The notes beneath the pieces are model-generated. The model did not search any database, had not been told where the DNA came from, and saw nothing but the letters and a program-made list of their open reading frames with translations. Both the position numbers and the translations under genes were made by a program. Source: an uncultured Candidatus Saccharibacteria bacterium (GTDB taxonomy: Bacteria; Patescibacteriota; Minisyncoccia; Phycocordibacterales; UBA918). Taken from it: a stretch of DNA of 60,695 nucleotides. Positions 27,790 to 35,255 of this stretch are shown one piece after another (within the stretch, counting starts at the first letter, position 1; each line of letters starts with the position of its first letter). The stretch spans positions 55,193 through 115,887 of the forward strand of contig CAZSOS010000001.1 of assembly GCA_964608605.1 (NCBI GenBank). The letters run 5' to 3'.

Positions 27790-27825
27790 GAACAATTCAA
27801 AGATTAAAAGTCAAAATGCAAAATT

Positions 27826-27855
27826 GCGGGACGGGCCAAAGGCCCGTCCCGCTTT
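27826..27855. terminator. Intrinsic terminator after groEL
   Basis: GCGGGACGGGCC-AAA-GGCCCGTCCCGC followed by TTT. Confidence 0.8.
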
Positions 27856-27858
27856 CGT

Positions 27859-28164
27859 TCATCCTGCCGATAAGGTGATGCTGTTCTTCAACAGCTCGTT
27901 CTCGTAGACGATCACTCTCTGTCTGGGATTGCAGCGGGTGAGCATCAAGGCGAACGACAGACCGTTCCGTTCCGGCTCCTCCGATCCCGTCTCCCTGACC
28001 GTTTCCGGACATATGAAGAGATCGAATTCGGAGAAGTTGACGAGCAGATGCGCCTGAGCGGCCATAAGATCGTCCTCCATCAAGGTTTGGAATCCGAGTT
28101 CTTCGAGCCGTTTGCCGACCTGGTATCCGCGTTCGATGTTGTCATCTATCAGAAGCGCTTTCAT
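27859..28164 (-). CDS. Degenerate response-regulator receiver-like protein
   Basis: MKALLIDDN...FDLFIC...NGLSFA; GGAGG RBS; phosphoacceptor Asp not evident. Confidence 0.55.
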   Translation of the reverse strand: MKALLIDDNIERGYQVGKRLEELGFQTLMEDDLMAAQAHLLVNFSEFDLFICPETVRETGSEEPERNGLSFALMLTRCNPRQRVIVYENELLKNSITLSAG

Positions 28165-28272
28165 TACCGAGTTCCTCCAAAGAGCTGCCTAATTGAGGCA
28201 GATACTACAATACTCTTGTGGTCTGTCAATTTGTGATATAATTCGGTCATATCAGGTAACTGAAATTGTGTT

Positions 28273-28863
28273 ATGGAACTCACGACCATGATCATATTAG
28301 GCGTGGTGGCGGCAGTGGTCATCTGGGCGATCTTCGCCTACAACCGCTTCGTGTCGCTCACTCAGCGCGCCATGGAAGCTTGGGCCGATATCGACGTGCA
28401 GTTGAAGCGTCGTTATGACCTCATCCCCAACCTGGTCGAGACCGTTAAAGGCTACGCGGCGCACGAGGCTGGTACCTTGAACGCCGTGACCGAAGCGCGC
28501 GCCAAGGCGACGCAGGTCCATGTCGATCCTTCAAACATCACTCCCGAGCAGATAACCGCCATGGCCGCCGCCGAAGGCGCCTTGACCAACTCGCTCGGCA
28601 AACTCCTGGCCATCGCCGAGAATTATCCCGACCTCAAGGCTAGCCAGAACTTCGTGGAGCTGCAACGCGAACTCACCGACACCGAAAACAAGATCCAGGC
28701 CGCTCGCCGCTTCTACAACGGCAACGTGCGCGATCTTTCGACCTCGCTCCAGTCATTTCCGGGCAATCTGATCGGCAATACTTTCGGCTTCAAGGAGCGC
28801 GAATACTTCGAGCTTGGAGAGAACGAGGCCGCTGCCAAGGAGCCGGTCAAGGTAAGCTTCTAA
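28273..28863 (+). CDS. lemA: LemA family protein
   Basis: WADIDVQLKRRYDLIPNLV, ENYPDLKA, ARRFYNGNV. Confidence 0.97.
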   Translation: MELTTMIILGVVAAVVIWAIFAYNRFVSLTQRAMEAWADIDVQLKRRYDLIPNLVETVKGYAAHEAGTLNAVTEARAKATQVHVDPSNITPEQITAMAAAEGALTNSLGKLLAIAENYPDLKASQNFVELQRELTDTENKIQAARRFYNGNVRDLSTSLQSFPGNLIGNTFGFKEREYFELGENEAAAKEPVKVSF

Positions 28864-28867
28864 CCTA

Positions 28868-28888
28868 AATACTAGTCAGACTGGTATA
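28868..28888. repeat. 21-bp near-palindrome AATACTAGTCAGACTGGTATA (copy 2)
   Basis: Identical to 9089-9109. Confidence 0.85.
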
Positions 28889-28893
28889 GAATT

Positions 28894-29232
28894 ATGGCCC
28901 GCGTGGAATACAACAAGTTGATACGCGACCGGGTGAAAGAGAAGATCGAATCGAAGGGAGACGCTTGCGAAGTGTCAGTCTTGAAAGACGAATCAGCATT
29001 CAAAGCGGCGCTCTTAGAGAAATTGGTCGAGGAAGCGACGGAAATTTCAAAAACGAGTAATCGGGAAGATTTCCTGGCCGAGTATGCCGACTTGATGGTG
29101 GTGTTGGATTCCTTGACCGATCTCTACGAACTCTCCGGGGCCGATATCAAGTTGGCCCTGGTCGAGAGTCTCGAGAAGAAAGGCGGGTTCAAAGAACAAC
29201 ATTTCCTCAAGTGGTCCGAGTATAAGGAATAG
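28894..29232 (+). CDS. Nucleoside-triphosphate pyrophosphohydrolase (PRA-PH/MazG-like)
   Basis: YNKLIRDRV, LLEKLVEEATE, EYADL, KKGGF. Confidence 0.85.
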   Translation: MARVEYNKLIRDRVKEKIESKGDACEVSVLKDESAFKAALLEKLVEEATEISKTSNREDFLAEYADLMVVLDSLTDLYELSGADIKLALVESLEKKGGFKEQHFLKWSEYKE

Positions 29233-29262
29233 CTGTTAGCTTGTAGCAATTGGCTCTTAGTT

Positions 29263-29640
29263 ATGAATTCGCATCAAGACTTGTTCGTTTGGCAAAAATC
29301 TATGTCGCTTGTGGAGAGTGTTTACAAGGTGACAGAAAATTTTCCGGCAGAGGAAAAGTTTAACTTGACCAGTCAAATACGAAGGTCTGCCGTTTCTATC
29401 CCATCTAATATCTCAGAAGGACACGGCAGAGGAACCGACGGGGATTTTTCCCATTTTCTCCGTATCGCGTATGGATCTAGTGCTGAATTGGAAACTCAGA
29501 TAATTTTGGCTAATCGGTTAAAACTAATAGCTCAAACAGACATGAAAAAAATCATTGCGGAACTGACCGAAGTACGTAAAATGTTAAATAAGCTTATTGG
29601 TACGGTTTCTAAGAGCCAGAGGCTAATTACTAAAAGCTAA
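29263..29640 (+). CDS. Four-helix-bundle protein (23S rRNA IVS-like family)
   Basis: DLFVWQKSM, FPAEEKFNLTSQIRRSAVSIPSNISEG, FLRIAYGSSAELETQ; AT-rich. Confidence 0.93.
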   Translation: MNSHQDLFVWQKSMSLVESVYKVTENFPAEEKFNLTSQIRRSAVSIPSNISEGHGRGTDGDFSHFLRIAYGSSAELETQIILANRLKLIAQTDMKKIIAELTEVRKMLNKLIGTVSKSQRLITKS

Positions 29641-29642
29641 CT

Positions 29643-30545
29643 ATGGCAACACTTTACACGCAGCAATCGAAGAATATCCGCAAGACCTGGTTCTTGATGA
29701 TCGGGTTCTTCGTGATGGTGATCGCCATCGGCTATTTTCTCAACTGGTACTACAACGACGTGTCGATAATGTACGTAGCCATCGCCTTCGCGCTCTTTAT
29801 GAACTTCGCCAGCTACTGGTGGAGCTCTAGCTTGGTAGTGACCATGACCGGCGCTAAGCCGGCCGACCCTCAAAGACATCGAGACCTCATCAACGTGGTC
29901 GAGAACCTCTCCATCACCGCCGGACTGCCGATGCCGAAGGTCTACGTGGTGAACGATTCGGCCCCGAACGCTTTCGCCACCGGTCGTAACCCTAAGAATG
30001 CCGTGGTAGCTGCCACTACCGGTCTTCTGGATATCTTGGATCGCACCGAGCTTGAAGGCGTCATGGCCCATGAGCTCTCTCATGTGGGGAATCGCGACAT
30101 GCTGGTCTCGACCGTGGCCGTGGTGTTGGCCGGTTTCGTGGCCATCATCGCCGACATCTTCATGCGCTCGATGATGTTCGGGGGAGGCCGAAGCGATGAC
30201 AATAAGGCCGGAGCGATCTTCCTGATACTCGGGATCGTCGGCATCATCCTAGCGCCGATCGCCGCTCAGATGATTCAACTGGCTATCTCCAGAAAGAGGG
30301 AATACCTGGCCGACGCTTCCGGTGCTTTGCTGACCCGCTACCCAGAAGGCCTGGCTTCGGCTTTGGAGAAGATCAGTCTTCATAGCCAACCGATGAAGCG
30401 AGCCAACAACGCCACGGCGCATCTTTTCATTGCCGATCCTTTCGGAGATAACAAGCAGACCCTGGGGCAGAAGATCTCCAATCTGTTCCAGACCCATCCG
30501 CCGGCGCAGGAGCGGATTCGCATCCTCCGAGACATGGGGAAATGA
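29643..30545 (+). CDS. htpX: Zinc metalloprotease HtpX (M48)
   Basis: PNAFATGR, AHELSH, SRKREYLADA, FQTHPP. Confidence 0.96.
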   Translation: MATLYTQQSKNIRKTWFLMIGFFVMVIAIGYFLNWYYNDVSIMYVAIAFALFMNFASYWWSSSLVVTMTGAKPADPQRHRDLINVVENLSITAGLPMPKVYVVNDSAPNAFATGRNPKNAVVAATTGLLDILDRTELEGVMAHELSHVGNRDMLVSTVAVVLAGFVAIIADIFMRSMMFGGGRSDDNKAGAIFLILGIVGIILAPIAAQMIQLAISRKREYLADASGALLTRYPEGLASALEKISLHSQPMKRANNATAHLFIADPFGDNKQTLGQKISNLFQTHPPAQERIRILRDMGK

Positions 30546-30666
30546 GCCCAAAATAAGCGAATTCGCGTTCGTTTCCCTCGGCATCTCACTCTCTGGACAA
30601 TTTCGTCCCGGTCGTGAGGTGTCTTCAGTCCAACGAACACAACTTCATCTTATTTTGGACTCATTT
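30540..30666. repeat. ~127-bp long hairpin element, homologous to 48209-48332
   Basis: Arms ATGAGCCCAAAATAAG / CTTATTTTGGACTCAT; inner GTTCGTT/AACGAAC and TGGAC/GTCCA. Confidence 0.8.
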
Positions 30667-30697
30667 TTGGACGTTTGACTTTGGATTGTACAGAAAT

Positions 30698-30754
30698 AAC
30701 GCAAATCACTTGCGTTTATTTTTATACCTTGCTATAATGCAAATCAATTGCATT
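30698..30754. promoter_or_regulatory. Two Fur-family-like 9-1-9 operators plus -10 box
   Basis: AACGCAAATCACTTGCGTT (30698-30716) and AATGCAAATCAATTGCATT (30736-30754); TATAAT at 30733-30738. Confidence 0.6.
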
Positions 30755-30755
30755 T

Positions 30756-31430
30756 ATGAAGATGGCGATATTGGGCAAAGGAGGTAGTGGCAAGTCGACA
30801 GTAGCGGCTCATTTAACGCGCTATTTCGCCGCGGACGGTTATAAAGTTTTGGCTATCGATGCTGATCATAATATGGACCTGGGATTTAATCTTGACGTCG
30901 AGCCGACCAAGTTTCTCGGTACTGATCCGGGACATATCAAGGAGTTTACCGGTGTCGGGCGTGAAGCCTCCTTCAAAGACGCGCTTGATCATGCTATGGC
31001 AGACGGCTTGACGTTTTCCTTCGCGCCGGCCGATGTCTTCACCGCCCATTACGCGGAGCCGGTCGGTCCGAGGACCTGGTTGATGACAGCCGGTCCTCAT
31101 ACCGATACCGTGCGCTCCCGTGAGGCTTGTAGTCATTCGCTCGCGGCACCTCTGAAGGTTTATTTGCCACTTTTAACGCTTAGTGACCGTCAGATGGTGG
31201 TGATCGATGAGCGGGCCGGTACCGACCCGGTAGCTACGGGTGTCTTGAGCGGCGTCGACCTGGCCGTCATCGTTCGGGAGAACACGCCGAACTCCCGCCG
31301 CGTGGCCGAGCAGATCGCGCGGGAATTGGAGCTGCAGAATATTTCTTATCTGGCGGTAGATAATAAAGAGCAAAACATGGAGATCGATCTGGCGGCTATC
31401 ACCGAAAGTATTTTGAAAAAATTATCCTAG
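30756..31430 (+). CDS. CooC-like (MinD/ParA superfamily) ATPase
   Basis: GKGGSGKS deviant Walker A, AIDADHN, VVIDERAG. Confidence 0.8.
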   Translation: MKMAILGKGGSGKSTVAAHLTRYFAADGYKVLAIDADHNMDLGFNLDVEPTKFLGTDPGHIKEFTGVGREASFKDALDHAMADGLTFSFAPADVFTAHYAEPVGPRTWLMTAGPHTDTVRSREACSHSLAAPLKVYLPLLTLSDRQMVVIDERAGTDPVATGVLSGVDLAVIVRENTPNSRRVAEQIARELELQNISYLAVDNKEQNMEIDLAAITESILKKLS

Positions 31431-31518
31431 CTTACCGATGTTTTCAGCGTGCCCTTCGTAATGCATGGCGGAGGGCACGCTGGCAATATCGCCAGCGTAG
31501 TTCGTTAAGGAGACCTCG

Positions 31519-31890
31519 ATGTCTTTTCCATCCGTTGCCAAGTATCTGGAGCAGGGTCTTTCTAGCGCCGAGGCTTTGCTCGCCGCCGTGAAGGAGGATT
31601 GCGCCGAAGGGGTGGCCTATCTTCATCGGCGGGCGCACGAAGCCGCCGGTTCTCCGGAAGGAATTTTCTGGCTGGAGGACCCCAACTCCAAGCTGGGGAA
31701 ACAGCTCATCCGCATCCACGCCTCTGACGCCGTCCGGCCATTGGTCGAGCGTCATGTCTGCCACGGACAGTCGTTGACGTTCTTCAACTGTTGCGGCGGA
31801 CAGGTCGGCGGTAAGCGGAAGGATCCGGACGAACTGATCCGGATCCAGATCGAATGTCAGGCCGGTCCTTTAGCGTACGCTGACTGTTAG
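31519..31890 (+). CDS. Cys/His-rich hypothetical protein (CCGG motif)
   Basis: AAGGAG RBS; five Cys besides the CC pair and several His; no family recognised. Confidence 0.65.
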   Translation: MSFPSVAKYLEQGLSSAEALLAAVKEDCAEGVAYLHRRAHEAAGSPEGIFWLEDPNSKLGKQLIRIHASDAVRPLVERHVCHGQSLTFFNCCGGQVGGKRKDPDELIRIQIECQAGPLAYADC

Positions 31891-31956
31891 TCATGCGCGC
31901 GCGACCACGCCCCGCCGCTTTGCGGCGGGGCGTTTATTTGCTACTTTATAGACAAC

Positions 31957-32316
31957 ATGAAACCTCGTCGTCGGAGCAAGAAGCGGGAGCAGATACTGGC
32001 GGTGCTGGAGCGGGCCGGCTGCGCTTTGTCGGCCGCTGATATTCATAAGAAAGTATCAGAGGTCGATCTGACCACCGTCTACCGCAATCTGGAGATATTC
32101 GTGGCTGACGGACTGGTAAAGAAACTTGATCTGGACAAGGACGAGGCGCTGTACGAATTCAAGGAGGCCGATCATCATCATGCCATCTGTACTGATTGCG
32201 ACAAGGTGATCCACTTCGAGGTTTCCGATCAGGCGATCATGAAACTCATAAAAGTGAAAGGCTTCGAGCCAGAATCTTTGGAACTGACGGTCCGGGGGAA
32301 ATGTGAACATGACTAA
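31957..32316 (+). CDS. Fur-family transcriptional regulator
   Basis: TTVYRNL HTH, HHHAICTDC, C-terminal GKC. Confidence 0.93.
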   Translation: MKPRRRSKKREQILAVLERAGCALSAADIHKKVSEVDLTTVYRNLEIFVADGLVKKLDLDKDEALYEFKEADHHHAICTDCDKVIHFEVSDQAIMKLIKVKGFEPESLELTVRGKCEHD

Positions 32317-32346
32317 AAGCGGCGACCATTAGGCCGCCGCTTTTAG
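32313..32346. terminator. Bidirectional terminator
   Basis: CTAAAAGCGGCG/CGCCGCTTTTAG between convergent genes. Confidence 0.75.
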
Positions 32347-32360
32347 TCATGAGCGCGAGT

Positions 32361-32744
32361 TTAGAAATAAGCGAACCAGGTCAGGTAGCCGCCGATGACG
32401 AGCAGGAGCACGCCCGCGGTCGGCACCAATTTAGAAGCCACTACCCAATCGCCGCCTTTGTCGGCGATGTTTGGTTTAATGGTATAGACGGCCGCCTTGA
32501 GGAGCGTGCCCCAGCCCAGAAGGGTGATGATGATCTCCGGCAAGGTGTCCCAGGTGTTGTGGTAGCTGATCTGGGCGATGGCGGCCATCATGCCGCCCAC
32601 TCCGAACACCAAGAGGGAGAACGTTTCCTTCTCGATATCGCGATAGATCCTGATGTAATAATTAGGACTTACGAAGAAACCGATGCCCAATACGAGCAGT
32701 GCCGGTCCCCACATGCTGGCTAGGAATATGGTGATACTTTCCAT
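32361..32744 (-). CDS. Hypothetical 4-TM membrane protein
   Basis: 127 aa, hydrophobic. Confidence 0.7.
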   Translation of the reverse strand: MESITIFLASMWGPALLVLGIGFFVSPNYYIRIYRDIEKETFSLLVFGVGGMMAAIAQISYHNTWDTLPEIIITLLGWGTLLKAAVYTIKPNIADKGGDWVVASKLVPTAGVLLLVIGGYLTWFAYF

Positions 32745-32895
32745 GGATTGATCGGATTAATTTATAACCCCTTAACAACTCAATTGTACCCCCTATCGTC
32801 GCTTCGATAGCGACCATTGTGCACAAGTGCGGGTTTTGAGGTCTCATGTTAGAGTTTCTGGATGCCAAGTGGCATGAGGGCTGAAGGAGGCTCTA

Positions 32896-33240
32896 ATGAG
32901 ACTGGGAGCTTTGGGTGTAATAGCAGCGGTTCTTTTCACGGGTATGCTGGCGATCGGCGGCCAAGCCAGTGCGGACGACAGCGTTTCCGGTCCGTCCCCC
33001 GAGACCATCTGCGGAGACCGGGAGCAGATGGTGACCGCGCTCTTCAGTGAGTATCGCGAGGAGTCAAAGGCGGTCGGACAGGTCGACCAGAACGCGATCC
33101 TCGAGATTTTCGTTTCCAACGAAGGCACGTGGACCGTTCTGGCCACTGGTACCGACGGCTTGTCATGTCTGGTCGCCAGCGGCGACGGATGGGAGGATAT
33201 ACCTCCGCTGGCGCCGAAGGTAGCCGGAGTCGAACATTAA
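32896..33240 (+). CDS. Small secreted protein with a Cys pair
   Basis: GAAGGAGG RBS, signal peptide, CGDR...LEIFVS..GTWTVL...GLSCLVASG. Confidence 0.7.
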   Translation: MRLGALGVIAAVLFTGMLAIGGQASADDSVSGPSPETICGDREQMVTALFSEYREESKAVGQVDQNAILEIFVSNEGTWTVLATGTDGLSCLVASGDGWEDIPPLAPKVAGVEH

Positions 33241-33300
33241 ATTAAAAAGGCCGCCCCTTCGGGGCGGCCTTTATCGTTACCAGACCTAGTTCTCTTGCAA

Positions 33301-33452
33301 AGGCGGAGAGAATTTCTCTCATTACATGAGCAGTACACCTTTTGGATATTTTGCTCCAAGTTTTCGCAAAATACCTCAAAAGGTCTTCGAATCTCACGAA
33401 ACAGTCTCCCAGACTGTTTCTTCCGTCCACCTGGACTCACTTCGTTCGTCTG
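33301..33452 (-). mobile_element. ~155-bp folded element downstream of tRNA-Ser, ending in a degenerate copy of the tRNA T-arm/acceptor
   Basis: Direct repeat AGGCGGAGAGA at 33301-33311 and 33456-33466; internal hairpins. Confidence 0.55.
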
Positions 33453-33539
33453 CGGAGGCGGAGAGATTCGAACTCTCGAAGCCCTTTCAGGCTTACCACG
33501 ATTCCAGCGTGGCGCACTAGACCACTATGCGACGCCTCC
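33453..33539 (-). tRNA. tRNA-Ser(GGA), CCA not encoded
   Basis: Acceptor GGAGGCG/CGCCTCC, anticodon arm CCACG-CTGGAAT-CGTGG, long variable arm, GTTCGAATC T-loop, discriminator G. Confidence 0.97.
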
Positions 33540-33643
33540 GTATATTGATATTGCGCTCGACATAATAGCGCAAAGTGGGCGGTTTACCAACTGCGGCGGG
33601 CGCGGCCGAAGGCCGCGCCCTGTTATAATTCAACCACGATGAA

Positions 33644-33761
33644 TCCCGTACGAAATAGCGGACATGTAAGATAAAATAACGCGCACAGTATGGTCGTGAT
33701 TTTAAACACAAATAATATTGGTCGACGAACTTCGAAGGTTCGTCCCCTATTTCGTACGGGA
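33644..33761. mobile_element. MITE-like element: 15-bp perfect terminal inverted repeats, 4-bp TGAA target duplication
   Basis: TCCCGTACGAAATAG ... CTATTTCGTACGGGA, flanked by TGAA at 33640-33643 and 33762-33765. Confidence 0.75.
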
Positions 33762-34324
33762 TGAAACGAGATGACTGGATGCTTCTAAGCCTCACGTTCC
33801 TCACCGGTCTGGCGATCGGCATGTACGTCTATATCGTGGCTTTCAAACCCACGTACGTGCCGGAGGACCTGGGCGGCACCGAGGCGGCGGCCAGCGAGTG
33901 GAGCATGGTTGGCAAGCGTTTTGCCACCGGTCCTAGTGGATACGTTCAGCCTTCGTTCCGACTTTTAGGAGATGGCCAGTACGTCTACCTGCCTGGAGGG
34001 ATGGACGATAGCGCTCCCACACCCATAGAGGGACGGATCTCCAGAGGGCTGATGCGCGAAGTGCGGGCCGCCGATCCCCGCGTGCCCGGTTACGCCGCGG
34101 GCGCGAGCCCGGAGCTCTGTTCCGGCCAGGGTTATGAATATCAGATAACCATCACGGGCGCGACCTACCTGCTCGGACCTTGCCTGGCCGCAGTAGACGC
34201 TGGTTATGCCGCTGTCTTGGAGCGGGTGTGGTTGGAGATAGAGGGTCCGGAGCCTGGTCGGCGCTACGACAGCTTTGCCGACTGGGCGGAGGATTGGATC
34301 AGGAGGAATGTCGGGGTGGAGTGA
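33761..34324 (+). CDS. Membrane-anchored hypothetical protein
   Basis: N-terminal TM, 187 aa; start codon regenerated by the MITE end. Confidence 0.7.
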   Translation: MKRDDWMLLSLTFLTGLAIGMYVYIVAFKPTYVPEDLGGTEAAASEWSMVGKRFATGPSGYVQPSFRLLGDGQYVYLPGGMDDSAPTPIEGRISRGLMREVRAADPRVPGYAAGASPELCSGQGYEYQITITGATYLLGPCLAAVDAGYAAVLERVWLEIEGPEPGRRYDSFADWAEDWIRRNVGVE

Positions 34325-34365
34325 GAACAAAGCGGCGGGGCCAGGGGTCCCGCCGCTTTGTTCTC
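34323..34365 (+). terminator. Terminator-like hairpin
   Basis: 17-bp stem GAGAACAAAGCGGCGGG/CCCGCCGCTTTGTTCTC. Confidence 0.7.
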
Positions 34366-34368
34366 GGG

Positions 34369-34394
34369 TGAAATATTCCCGGACCCGAGGCGTA
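34369..34394 (+). promoter_or_regulatory. ECF (SigW-type) promoter candidate
   Basis: TGAAAT-N16-CGTA. Confidence 0.5.
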
Positions 34395-34444
34395 GTAAAT
34401 TCAGGACCTAAGTTCATCGAGGCTCTAAGAGTGAGCCGCGAAGG

Positions 34445-34468
34445 AACCGCCTCGCGGGGCGGTTTTTT
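34445..34468 (+). terminator. Leader terminator (attenuator candidate)
   Basis: AACCGCC stem plus TTTTTT, located between the promoter and the CDS. Confidence 0.6.
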
Positions 34469-34524
34469 CGTCCCTAGGTTCCATATACCTTTATCTTCAT
34501 CATCAATCTAACCTCACAAACATT

Positions 34525-35121
34525 ATGCTTATGAAAACCATCCTTATTCCTCTGGCCGCCTTCGCGGTCACGGTAACTGGCGCCAGCGCCTTCAATGCCG
34601 ACATGCTGAAACGCGCCGGGCTCAACGATGAGCAGATCGCGGCCTTCGAAGAGGCCAAGGAGCTTAAAGAGGCCGGTGATAAGGAGGCGGCGCGCGACGT
34701 GCTCTTAGCGGCCGGGGTCGACGAGAAGGTGATCAAGCAGGTGCGCGAGGCGATGCGCGAGAGTATGAGCGCCGCGCGCGAGGCCATAGAATCCGGCGAT
34801 TACGCGGCTTTTTCCGCCGCGGTGGAAGGATCGCCGCTGGCGGAGATCATCGATAGCGAAGCTGAGTTCGATCGCCTGGTCGAGGCCCACGCGCTCTTGC
34901 GTTCGGGTGATCATGAGGCGGCCCGAGATATCTTCGAGGAACTGGGTTTCCCTGGTCATGGTTTCATTTCCAAGGCTAAAGACGGCCGGGCGGCTTCCCG
35001 GTCCTGGTCTCAGGATGACCGACGGGGATCTTTCCGCGAGGAAATGAAGGACCGTGGCTTTGACGGGAAGAAGGATGGAAACTTCCGTTTCCACAAAGGC
35101 GCTTTGGTAGGGCAGGACTGA
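34525..35121 (+). CDS. Secreted helical hypothetical protein
   Basis: Signal peptide, two repeats ending ARDVL/ARDIF, charged tail. Confidence 0.75.
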   Translation: MLMKTILIPLAAFAVTVTGASAFNADMLKRAGLNDEQIAAFEEAKELKEAGDKEAARDVLLAAGVDEKVIKQVREAMRESMSAAREAIESGDYAAFSAAVEGSPLAEIIDSEAEFDRLVEAHALLRSGDHEAARDIFEELGFPGHGFISKAKDGRAASRSWSQDDRRGSFREEMKDRGFDGKKDGNFRFHKGALVGQD

Positions 35122-35139
35122 TCGGTCCTGAACCGGACT

Positions 35140-35173
35140 AAAACCCCGACGCCCTCCGGGCGTCGGGGTTTTT
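35140..35173 (+). terminator. Intrinsic terminator
   Basis: AAAACCCCGACGCCC-TCC-GGGCGTCGGGGTTTTT. Confidence 0.85.
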
Positions 35174-35255
35174 GACTAGACACGGACCGCAATATAAGGT
35201 ATTATGCCGGCGATTTAGGATATCCCTAACCGCGCCCCGGGCGCTTTTTATATTT

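Noticed and set aside
29263-29640. Diversity-generating retroelement (Avd-like fold)
   Set aside because: No reverse transcriptase and no template/variable repeat pair with adenine-specific mismatches found in the window
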